Source: an uncultured virus (IMG/VR IMGVR_UViG_3300021599_002397) (taxonomy: Duplodnaviria > Heunggongvirae > Uroviricota > Caudoviricetes). Taken from it: a stretch of DNA of 20,000 nucleotides. The stretch's first letter is position 1, and each line of letters begins with the position of its first letter. Location: the IMG/VR virus record IMGVR_UViG_3300021599_002397. One strand, 5' to 3'. Shown in pieces: positions 8,438 to 16,935 of this stretch. The notes beneath the pieces were generated by a model. It ran no database searches. It worked only from the letters and a program-made list of their open reading frames with translations, and was not told the origin of the DNA. A program made the position numbers and the translations under genes.

Positions 8438-9829
8438 TCTTATTACCTCTTTTCTGTATTTAATCTGATCATCGACGATCATCTTATTTTTTAAAGCTAG
8501 TTTGCTTCTTTCTATTACAGAATCTGGAACTAATCCCTTAAAAGTATCCTTTAATATCTTTTTATTTTTTCTTTCCTCGAAAGGAAGACTTATAGCAAAT
8601 CTAATTATATCGTGATTTAAAAAAGGACTTCTTAATTCTAATGTATGTGCCATCGATAACTTATCTAATCTGGGAAGATGATAATAAGTTAATTCGTGAA
8701 ATATATCAGAATGCTGTGAATCATACTCATTTATTCTTCTATATCCACCAAATAATTCATCTGCTCCGTCACCAGATATAACGATTCTTGTATTAGAACC
8801 TTTTTTTATTGCATCGAATAAATGATACTGAGGAACTACACTTCCCATATCAACTGGAGATTCGTTCCATTTTTTGTATATTTCGATGAGATTTTTTTTA
8901 CCTGAATCAGATTCTATATCAATATTATAATTTAATCTTTTCGATTCTACGTCCCAGTAGTATTCACAAGCTTTTACATATTCTTCATCTTCACCATTAG
9001 ATATGGAATAAAAATCAACATTTCCACCAAGCTTTAGTAAAAGACCAGCAATTATTGAAGAATCCAATCCACCTGATAAAAGTAGAGATGTTGGATAATT
9101 TTTAGATAATAATCTGGCTTCTACAGATTTTTCCATCTTATCAAAAAGCCATTCACATCTGTCATCATATGTATTTAGCCCTGCGTCGAAGAAGTTAAAA
9201 TCGTAGTATTGGTCAGATACATTAATAATATGAGGAGAGTCTAGATTCCATTGATAGAACCTATTAGGTTCAAGCTTTTTTATACCTATAAAAGGAGTTT
9301 GTTCTGTAGCTAAATAACCAAATTTAGTAACACCGGAGAAGAAAGATCTATCAAAATTTGGTCTTTCATTTTCTTCATATAATCCTTTTATCTCTGAACA
9401 AATCTCCCCTTTTTCGTTACGATATAAACATTTTTTTCCAAGGGGATCTGTAAAAGCATAAATATCCCTTTTTTTAGTGTCAACCAAAACTATAGCCCAA
9501 AATCCATCCCATGAAACTATGTGTGAATCATATAAAGCCTGTAGTATACCTATTCCTCCAAATTGGAATGTTGAAAACAATTTTTGTAAATAAGCTGTAT
9601 CTGATTCGTAATTTCCGTAATTAAAAATCTCTCCGTTAAACAGTAGCCATCTATCTTCACCTATTTGTATAGGCTGTGACCAAGAATCCCCGTCTACTGT
9701 TTGTATAGGAAGTCTATGATGTACTAAACAAAGGTCATCCTTATAAACTACATTATGTTCAATTCCTCTATGAGCAATAGACATTATTCTTTCCTCACTT
9801 GCTCTTTTTGCTACTAATATACCACACAT
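8414..9829 (-). CDS. asnB: Asparagine synthetase B-like glutamine amidotransferase (Ntn GATase plus adenylation domain)
   Basis: N-terminal MCGI, HRG, H.RL, QP, FNGEIFNY, D..GKK.LY, LLSGGLDSS, SGDGADELFGGY and LELRSPFL. Confidence 0.9.
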   Translation of the reverse strand: MCGILVAKRASEERIMSIAHRGIEHNVVYKDDLCLVHHRLPIQTVDGDSWSQPIQIGEDRWLLFNGEIFNYGNYESDTAYLQKLFSTFQFGGIGILQALYDSHIVSWDGFWAIVLVDTKKRDIYAFTDPLGKKCLYRNEKGEICSEIKGLYEENERPNFDRSFFSGVTKFGYLATEQTPFIGIKKLEPNRFYQWNLDSPHIINVSDQYYDFNFFDAGLNTYDDRCEWLFDKMEKSVEARLLSKNYPTSLLLSGGLDSSIIAGLLLKLGGNVDFYSISNGEDEEYVKACEYYWDVESKRLNYNIDIESDSGKKNLIEIYKKWNESPVDMGSVVPQYHLFDAIKKGSNTRIVISGDGADELFGGYRRINEYDSQHSDIFHELTYYHLPRLDKLSMAHTLELRSPFLNHDIIRFAISLPFEERKNKKILKDTFKGLVPDSVIERSKLALKNKMIVDDQIKYRKEVIRLFLGIPV

Positions 9830-9831
9830 AT

Positions 9832-10368
9832 TTAAATTCTTCTAATTTCTTGTTTAAACCTCACTACCGACTCCAAATCGAAGTTATTATTGAAAACCTT
9901 TACATCCACTCCCAAGTCTCTTAAAAGCAAAGAAAACTCAGTGAAAAGGGATCTTTCTTCTTCTACTCTAGAATCGTCCTGATCCCATATATCTTTAGTT
10001 CTTTTTTCTGACCATTGTCCTTGAACAACTATTATTTTAGTATTCCTAAAAAGTCCTCTTTTGTTAAAATTTATAATATCCTTTTCTGCTTGCTTTTTAG
10101 TTACTCTTCCTTGAAAAACGCCCCAAACAGAATTGGTAAGTATTCCTCTGTCGACTATCATTTTATCTAGAAATCCGGATGAATTTAATTCGTGAAGCAT
10201 TACCTCTTTGCCTAACCCAAACCAATGGACCTCTTCAGATTGCTTACCAAAGTCCCAGGTAGAAAAATTTGAATTAAAATCAAATTTAAAAACTGGAAGA
10301 TCCGTTTGTTTTGATATAAGATATGATTTACCGGATTTTCTGGATCCTTCTACAATAATAAGGGGCAT
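9832..10368 (-). CDS. P-loop kinase, thymidylate/dNMP-kinase-like
   Basis: IIVEGSRKSGKS Walker A at the N-terminus and IVDRG (TMK-type DR motif). Ends 2 nt before the asnB start. Confidence 0.7.
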   Translation of the reverse strand: MPLIIVEGSRKSGKSYLISKQTDLPVFKFDFNSNFSTWDFGKQSEEVHWFGLGKEVMLHELNSSGFLDKMIVDRGILTNSVWGVFQGRVTKKQAEKDIINFNKRGLFRNTKIIVVQGQWSEKRTKDIWDQDDSRVEEERSLFTEFSLLLRDLGVDVKVFNNNFDLESVVRFKQEIRRI

Positions 10369-10382
10369 AATCTATGTTTATA

Positions 10383-10411
10383 ATTATACCCCTAAATTAA
10401 TTAAAAATTTC
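10383..10411 (-). promoter_or_regulatory. Candidate promoter GAAA-N19-TATAAT for the kinase-asnB operon
   Basis: Perfect TATAAT 14 nt upstream of the ATG. Same layout as 3561..3589. Confidence 0.5.
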
Positions 10412-10413
10412 GA

Positions 10414-12357
10414 TTATTTTAAATCTACTGTGTCTGCTCTTACGTACCCATATTCGTACACACCTCTTTTTGTTGGGAATTGGATTTTGTACCAAGTCTT
10501 ATCCCCGATTTGAGAGCTTTTTGCTACTACACTTGATATTAATAATCCAATAGGTGTGCTCTTATCTGTGTGCTTGTAGATTAAATTGTTAATAGCTCCA
10601 GTATTAGCCATAGCACTAGATCTTACGTTAACATATCCCTCACCTGAGTTTGAAACATAAGCTTTTTTACCTTGAGCTGTAGAAGCTTCTTCTGGTGCTA
10701 ATCGATTACCTATTTTACATGTCGTGACCCAATTAGTAAGATCGAATGCTTTTCCGTTGTCAAATGTTACATTATTGGACTTGGTATCATATGTTCCTGT
10801 GAATTTTTTTCCTGAACTAGTGAAATATGCAACCCTGTAATTGATAAATATCCACCCGTACTCTTTTCCGGCGTAGAACATAATATAAGGATCTTTAGTG
10901 TCCGTAGTAAATCGTATTTCTGTTTTACCGCCTGTTGCTTTAATTTTATCATTAAGTGCGGATAATTGTTTATTATCCATCACAGTTTCTTTCTTGACTG
11001 CAGGGGGAGCTTCTTTAGATTTTTTAAAATCCTCTGAGAACTCTTTATATGCCTTTCTGATATAGGAGTTGTCTCTAGGGCCAGATGCACTTAGATCGTT
11101 AGTTTTAGCCCAATCAGCGTGATTTTTAATCACCCACGCTCTAAATTCATCTCCCTCTTCTTGTTTAGTAAAAGGAGTTTGAGGATATTCGGGATCTACT
11201 GCAGCTTTTGGTGGAGTGGTAGAAGAAGATTTAGAGCCGGAAGATTTAGAACCAGAAGATTTAGAACCAGAAGATGATCCAGATCCTCCTTTACTCATAG
11301 CAGAAATAGCAGCATCAACATCAAAATCGTCAGATTCATTAACTCTGTTTCTCATAAAATCAGAGAAAGTTACTATCTTATAATTATTGTCTATAGAAAT
11401 ACTCTCTTTCAGACTTGTTAGAACCTCTACGAATGCTTTGGTTATATTACCTGTAGTATCTCCGGATAATGTTGTATATTTTTTAGCCAATCCTGCTTTA
11501 ACTCCCCTTATAACGTTTGCAGTATTTGCTCTTAAAGTAGGACCAGGATTGCTAGGATTTTTATATACAATTTTCCAATCTGGCTGTTCTGCTAATTTTG
11601 TACTTTTATATTTATTATAAATTAGTAACTTAACTGCCTTTATTGTCTCTGCTTCTTTTCCTGTATAAGCAGCTTTTCTTTGTACAATTGTTTCTGCTAC
11701 TTCTATTTTACCCGTTGATCCTGTACCTCCTGTACCTCCTGTACCTCCTGTAGATCCTTTTACATTTAATTTTGTTAAATATAATTTAGCCTCGTCAAAT
11801 AGATCTTTAATTTCTTGTATTTTAGTTTCTAACTCTCTGTTTGATTGATCTACTGGTCTTTCTTCTATATCTTTGTTCTTGTCGTCTGACCATTTTTTAG
11901 AAAGTTCCTCGTACTCAGTAGCTATTTCCACGTATTGATCTCTAAGTGTTCTTATTATAGCCTCATCCTTTCCTATTTCGAATTCACCCCCCTCATTTTT
12001 AGCTTTGTCGTACGTACTAACTAAAAGATCTAGAACTCTATTTTTAAGGGAGTTCATAGAATCTAAATTTGTTTCGTAGTATTTATATCCAGCAGATCCA
12101 CTTCTAGCAGTATTCATCATCGAGCTAACTTCTGCCATTATCTGATCTCTTAATAGCTCAAGAGCGTTTATGAAAGCATTCGTTTTAAATTTTCCGCTAG
12201 CATCTGAAAATTTATCCTCGTATTTTTTTTTCTTTTTGTTTACTCTATCAACCTTATCCCCGGATGCTGTTCTATCTTTACCCCTAGCCTCTTCTAGAGG
12301 AGATACAGATTTCATGTTTTCTAGTAGGGAAGAAAATTTATTGCTAAAATATTTCAT
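10414..12357 (-). CDS. Large multidomain hypothetical protein with a C-terminal SH3b-like domain
   Basis: 647 aa: helical N-region, GSTGGTG and SGSKS linkers, internal KIVTFSDF..VNES motif, and C-terminal YVNVRS...WYKI...GYVRAD pattern typical of bacterial SH3 domains. Confidence 0.7.
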   Translation of the reverse strand: MKYFSNKFSSLLENMKSVSPLEEARGKDRTASGDKVDRVNKKKKKYEDKFSDASGKFKTNAFINALELLRDQIMAEVSSMMNTARSGSAGYKYYETNLDSMNSLKNRVLDLLVSTYDKAKNEGGEFEIGKDEAIIRTLRDQYVEIATEYEELSKKWSDDKNKDIEERPVDQSNRELETKIQEIKDLFDEAKLYLTKLNVKGSTGGTGGTGGTGSTGKIEVAETIVQRKAAYTGKEAETIKAVKLLIYNKYKSTKLAEQPDWKIVYKNPSNPGPTLRANTANVIRGVKAGLAKKYTTLSGDTTGNITKAFVEVLTSLKESISIDNNYKIVTFSDFMRNRVNESDDFDVDAAISAMSKGGSGSSSGSKSSGSKSSGSKSSSTTPPKAAVDPEYPQTPFTKQEEGDEFRAWVIKNHADWAKTNDLSASGPRDNSYIRKAYKEFSEDFKKSKEAPPAVKKETVMDNKQLSALNDKIKATGGKTEIRFTTDTKDPYIMFYAGKEYGWIFINYRVAYFTSSGKKFTGTYDTKSNNVTFDNGKAFDLTNWVTTCKIGNRLAPEEASTAQGKKAYVSNSGEGYVNVRSSAMANTGAINNLIYKHTDKSTPIGLLISSVVAKSSQIGDKTWYKIQFPTKRGVYEYGYVRADTVDLK

Positions 12358-12369
12358 CTTTTATTTTTT

Positions 12370-12960
12370 TTATACTTTTTTTGTTTCCTGCTTAGCTTTT
12401 TCTAAAGTAGTTAATGCGTTAGTTATAAACTCTTTAACCGCTGTAATTAAAGCAGTATTTCTAATTTCTGTCCCATATTTTTGTGAATAAGCTGACAGTA
12501 ACTGAGATATCTTAGCAACTCCTTTATTTATTGAATCGTAAGCCTTTTTAAAATCCTCTGAGCTTTCTGCTATCTTTTTTACCTCTGTAGAAGCATTCAT
12601 TATCTGCCATTTAGTAATAATATCTTTAGAAATTATGTCCAAATTTATATCAGCTTTTTGTGAGTTTAATTTAATAAAATCAAACATCTCTGCTGCATAT
12701 CTAGCTTTAACAGTTTCGTCGGTTATAGAATTTATAAAATAATTATACTCATCATATATTAACTGAAATATCTTAACAGCATATTCAGTGGCATATTTTA
12801 TTTTATATTCGGATGTTCCTGGTTTTAAAAAAGCACCAGTACCTCCAGTAGATCCTTGATCTATAAGCGTTTCTCCCTCCTCATTTATTCTTGAATATTT
12901 CCTAGCAGTTTCTGTAAGGGATTCAAAAAGAGGATTATATTCTAATCTTTTATTGTACAT
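12370..12960 (-). CDS. Hypothetical protein
   Basis: 196-aa ORF behind GATATATA, with LFES/INEE sites and a GSTGGTG linker. Confidence 0.75.
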   Translation of the reverse strand: MYNKRLEYNPLFESLTETARKYSRINEEGETLIDQGSTGGTGAFLKPGTSEYKIKYATEYAVKIFQLIYDEYNYFINSITDETVKARYAAEMFDFIKLNSQKADINLDIISKDIITKWQIMNASTEVKKIAESSEDFKKAYDSINKGVAKISQLLSAYSQKYGTEIRNTALITAVKEFITNALTTLEKAKQETKKV

Positions 12961-12977
12961 TTTTTAAGATTTTTATT

Positions 12978-12985
12978 TATATATC
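12978..12985 (-). promoter_or_regulatory. GATATATA element
   Basis: In the 28-nt intergenic gap, 17 nt upstream of ATG 12960. Confidence 0.65.
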
Positions 12986-12988
12986 ATA

Positions 12989-13276
12989 TTATTTGATGGA
13001 TTCCATCTTTTTATATGCTACAGATTTTTTTTGAAATTCTGCAACTTTCTTTTGTAGTTCTATTGATTGTTGATTAAGAGACTCACTTTTAGTTAGTGTT
13101 CCGTCTTTCTCTCTTTTCTGTAAATTAGCAATAGCAAGATCTATATCAGATATCCTTTTATCTATATCCATTATTTGTTTTTCTGCATCTGTTTTAGCCT
13201 GGAGCTCTTTTGTTTTTTGCTGAGTGTTTTCTTGCTCTAAAACAAATTCGTGTATTTTAAATATTCGATTCTGCAT
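12989..13276 (-). CDS. Small coiled-coil hypothetical protein
   Basis: 95 aa with heptad pattern. N-terminus MQNRIFKIHEFVLEQ. Confidence 0.75.
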   Translation of the reverse strand: MQNRIFKIHEFVLEQENTQQKTKELQAKTDAEKQIMDIDKRISDIDLAIANLQKREKDGTLTKSESLNQQSIELQKKVAEFQKKSVAYKKMESIK

Positions 13277-14150
13277 ATCTTCTATTTTTCATTTCCCTTT
13301 CAATGGTATTTACCCTGCTTCTTACTCGATCTATATTTTTTCTTAAATGATATTTTACATTCATTTCCTTTCTATCTAAGGTAGCTAAAGTATCTGATTC
13401 CCCTTGTCTTTCTGCTATCTTACGGTCTCTTTTAATATTATCTATTGCTCTTGAATAGGTATCCTCTAATTCAAAAAAGAAGTCCCTTATTTGAGTATAA
13501 TATTTATTAAGATTATTCTGATCCAGGGATCTAGTTAATGCTGAAGCCTCTTTTGGCTGCATGTTTAGAAAATTCAAAACATCCTCGCTCATTTTAGGTG
13601 GAATCTCAATTGTAGGCATATAAGAGGGTCTTTCTTTTATTTCCTCGTAGAAAGAAGCCTTCCTATTAGCATCTCTAACTAAAGCATCAAATTCTGAATT
13701 TATCTGATTTAAAAATCCAGAATCTGATATAGATCCTATGTTCTTCATTAATTTTTCTTTGGTTTCCACTTCAACTTTAGCAACTTCTGAAGCAAAAAAA
13801 GCTTCTAACTTCGGTTCATCGTCTATAATTGATCTAGCTTCTTTGGTTAGTGCATTTATTTCCTGTCCCTTTAGAGCTGAATAAGTTCTACTTTGTCTTC
13901 TTAAATTGGTAACAGTAAATCTATATTCAGGGCTATTATCTCTATCAAGTCCATTTATTTCTTTTTCTATAGAAATAACATTAGAAACCTCTTCGTTTCT
14001 AGCTTCTCTTATTTTTTTGATAATATTTTCTATCTTACCTTTTTTTGAGGTAAAAAAGTCCTTAACACCACCAAATAATGAAGATAAAAATCCTTCATCT
14101 ATCCTATCGAAATCCTCTAGTCTTTGTATGTATTTTTTATTAAATTCCAT
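13257..14150 (-). CDS. Helical/coiled-coil hypothetical protein
   Basis: 297 aa. N-terminus YIQRLEDFDRIDE-GFLSSLFGG. Likely a distant paralog of 14163..15149. Confidence 0.8.
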   Translation of the reverse strand: MEFNKKYIQRLEDFDRIDEGFLSSLFGGVKDFFTSKKGKIENIIKKIREARNEEVSNVISIEKEINGLDRDNSPEYRFTVTNLRRQSRTYSALKGQEINALTKEARSIIDDEPKLEAFFASEVAKVEVETKEKLMKNIGSISDSGFLNQINSEFDALVRDANRKASFYEEIKERPSYMPTIEIPPKMSEDVLNFLNMQPKEASALTRSLDQNNLNKYYTQIRDFFFELEDTYSRAIDNIKRDRKIAERQGESDTLATLDRKEMNVKYHLRKNIDRVRSRVNTIEREMKNRRYAESNI

Positions 14151-14162
14151 ATTAATAATTTT

Positions 14163-15149
14163 TTAAGACTTAACTTTTTCTTTTTCCCCTAATTCTTCAA
14201 GATATTTTTCGATCTCATTATATAGATCATAAAGTTTAGATCTATTTTCTTCACCAAGATCTCCATGAGGATTTTCCTTAGTTATTGTTGAATTATTTTT
14301 CATCATTATATTATAGATCTCGGTTTCTAAATCAAAAATTGCTTTTCTTCTTGTTAAATATTTAGCCTCAGTGGATTTAATTAAATCGAATCTTTTTCTG
14401 AATTCTTGTTCAGGATCATCTTCAACTCTTGGGTCACTTCCAGTAGTTGTTGTTCTTTTAAGTTTTTCAACCTCGTATTCAGCTTTTCTTTTTGCTTCTT
14501 CTGATTCTTTTTTAAGATCATCTAAATTAACACTAAAGAAATCTTCTAAATCTTTTGTTCTATTAACACTTCTTGCAGTTATAGCCTTAGTCTTTTCGTA
14601 TCTGTCACTTCTTGTTTCTTCTACGTCTACTGCTCTTTGTGCATTAAAATATTTTTTCTTTCTATTACTATCCTTAGTAAGATCCCTTACTCTCTGTTCG
14701 AAAGCACTTAATATTTCATTGTGAGTTTTAGTAAGTTCTTTAAATCTTAAATTTAAAGCATTTCTACCTTGTTGAATATCTCTACTAAGAGATTGATAGT
14801 TTGGATTTTCTCTGTCCTTATCTAGAGCTTTTTGGTCTTGTAGTAAATTATAGAACTCGTCATATATCTGATATTCTTCTCTGTTGTATTTAAGTTCCTG
14901 TTCTTTCATTTGAGTAAGTACAGTTTTTAACTTACTAACATCACCACCGAAAGCTCCACTTAAAAAATTCATTATAGTATCGCCTAATCCTTCGTTTAGC
15001 TCCGCTAGCTGACATATTAATTCACCTTCTGATATTTCACTAAACATCGGAGATTTTTTCAAAATACGAGCAGTTTTATCAATATCCCTATCGTTTTCTA
15101 AAAGAACCTGTTTTGCTTTTTGGAATTGACTTGCATTTTCAAATAACAT
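14163..15149 (-). CDS. Helical/coiled-coil hypothetical protein
   Basis: 328 aa with LNE-GLGDTIMNFLSGAFGG. First gene after the capsid terminator, with its own GATATATA. Confidence 0.8.
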   Translation of the reverse strand: MLFENASQFQKAKQVLLENDRDIDKTARILKKSPMFSEISEGELICQLAELNEGLGDTIMNFLSGAFGGDVSKLKTVLTQMKEQELKYNREEYQIYDEFYNLLQDQKALDKDRENPNYQSLSRDIQQGRNALNLRFKELTKTHNEILSAFEQRVRDLTKDSNRKKKYFNAQRAVDVEETRSDRYEKTKAITARSVNRTKDLEDFFSVNLDDLKKESEEAKRKAEYEVEKLKRTTTTGSDPRVEDDPEQEFRKRFDLIKSTEAKYLTRRKAIFDLETEIYNIMMKNNSTITKENPHGDLGEENRSKLYDLYNEIEKYLEELGEKEKVKS

Positions 15150-15165
15150 AATTTATCTTTTATTC

Positions 15166-15173
15166 TATATATC
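15166..15173 (-). promoter_or_regulatory. GATATATA element
   Basis: Between the capsid terminator and ATG 15149 (16 nt upstream). Confidence 0.65.
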
Positions 15174-15191
15174 CAAAAACCTCCCGGAAAT

Positions 15192-15221
15192 AAAAAAGGG
15201 TCTTCCGAAGAAGACCCTTTT
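15192..15221 (-). terminator. Rho-independent terminator with C(UUCG)G tetraloop
   Basis: Minus strand reads AAAAGGGTCTTC-TTCG-GAAGACCCTTTTTT, a perfect stem downstream of the capsid gene. UUCG loops are typical of T4-like terminators. Confidence 0.92.
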
Positions 15222-15245
15222 AAGTATGTATTTATACTGTTACTA

Positions 15246-16926
15246 TTAGATGATAGCAGTAGCAGTTCCAGTGTTAACGTGGAATACGAAATACATTGTT
15301 TCTGGGTGGTGACCAGCCTCAACTAAAGAGTAACGAGATTTAACCGCGATCTTAGGAGACATTGTACCTTCAGAAATTGTTTGGATTGATTCTGCCATCA
15401 TGTAAGGCATGAATTTCATACCTGGCTCATCATCAGCACCTTTTCTACCAACCAATACTCTAGTGTCACCGAATGACATGTTTTGATCAACATATACAGT
15501 CATACCAGCAAGTGAACCTACAGGGTATAATGTACCGTTGTTTTGAGTAAGTGTGTTAGTAAACGGAGCGAATGTGAACTGACTGATGTCTTGTAAAGCA
15601 GACGCAATTTGAGAGTTAGTAACGATGAAGTTAGCAGGACCTCTACGACCTCTGTTAGCAACTACGTTAGCAGCAGCTAAGATACGAGAGTAAAGTCTTC
15701 TTTGAACTGTTGATAAGTTCTCAAAAGTACCTGAAGCAGGACCAGCAACCGCACCTGGTTTAGAACCACCTGTTACAGCAGTACCTTGTTTACCGATGTA
15801 GTTAGGTACATTATAAGTAGCAGCACCACCAATAACTAAGTTAAGGTTAAGGTTTGTGTTTTCAGTGATTAAGAACTGAGAGTGGTTAGACCATCCAAGA
15901 GCATAAGCTCTAGATAAGATGTGCTTGTTAATAGCTTGAGAAACCTCATTAACAAGTGCGTTCTCGATCATAGAAACTACGTCGATACCGAACTGCTTGT
16001 TAAGGATTTGCTCAGTAGTAACAGAAGCAGCAACTTGGAAAGTACCAGCTTCTACGAACTTAGTGAAAGTAGAAAGACCTAATGACTTGTAATAAGTTGT
16101 CTCACCTACTCCTCTTAACATAGGATCGTAGTTTTTAGTACCGTCTACGTATGGACCTTGCCAATCGTTATCGTTTTCAGGACCAGCTCCAGAGAAACCT
16201 TGGATATGATCTTCTAACGTTTTAACTAATACAGCGTTACCAGCAGTAGAAGCAGCTAAAGAACCAACGTTAACTGCAGTTAAAGCAGTACCAGTAGTCC
16301 ATGTAGTTGCATAGATATCAGCAGTACCAGCAGCAGGAATTACCTGAGCGATAGAGTCGCCGTTACCAATAGCAAGGATTCTGAAAATAGGGAAACCATC
16401 GATACGTGAGTTACCGATGAATACACCGATTGCAGCGTTACCACCTGTTGCAAGGTTAACTGAAGAAGAAAGACCAACACCGATTACATAATTATCACCT
16501 ACTACAAGACCAGTTGCTGGAGAAGCAATAGCCGTAGGGATTTTAATCATGTCAGGAGTGTTAGCTACATAGTTGCTAGTAGAGTCAGCTGAACTACCAG
16601 CTAATGAACCACCTGCATATACGTAGTCTAGGTAAGATAATACTCCAGTAGGACCAGCCATAGGAATAACAGGAACGATGTCAAAACCAACGGTTTTAGC
16701 AGCTACCTGAATAGCCAATGGAAGTAATGATGGGAATTTATCACCAGAACCAACNNNNNNNNNNNNNNNNNNNNNNNNNNNNNNNNNNNNNNNNNNNNNN
16801 NNNNNNNNNNNNNAAGTGGCAATATTTAGATAACCACTCTACCTTTGAACGATCCGTCATACCGGTCTTACTCTCGATAATTGGAGACCACGTTTCGTAA
16901 ATCTCGTTTTCGTTTAAGAGTTGCAT
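15246..16926 (-). CDS. gp23: Major capsid protein, T4 gp23-like (spans an assembly gap)
   Basis: MQLLNENEIYETWSPIIES...KYCH-[gap]-VGSGDKFPSLLPLAIQVAAKTVGFDIVPVIPMAGPTG. Also IN..I, NRGRRGPANFIVT, G.L.GMTVYVD, VGRKG, FMPY and P.IAVKSRY motifs. Joins track ORFs 16741..16926 and 15246..16718. Confidence 0.93.
16755..16813. other. Assembly gap (59 N)
   Basis: Run of N inside the capsid gene. Its length does not preserve the reading frame, so it is an estimate. Confidence 0.99.
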
Positions 16927-16935
16927 TTTGTTAGA

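Noticed and set aside
6103..10368. RiPP cluster (graspetide ligase, lasso cyclase plus kinase)
   Set aside because: AsnB keeps its N-terminal Cys GATase, no lasso B peptidase or RRE is visible, and the acidic repeat has no Ser/Thr/Lys donors for graspetide crosslinks.
229..16900. Short alternative-frame ORFs (229, 2931, 3011, 4284, 4613, 5386, 7585, 7846, 10208, 10767, 11387, 12170, 13906, 14371, 15098, 16718)
   Set aside because: They overlap better-supported genes on the opposite strand or in another frame, cross terminators or the gap, and have no recognisable motifs.
16741..16926. Separate 61-aa gene or a true frameshift in the capsid gene
   Set aside because: It is the capsid N-terminus. 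The frame break comes from the arbitrary 59-N gap.
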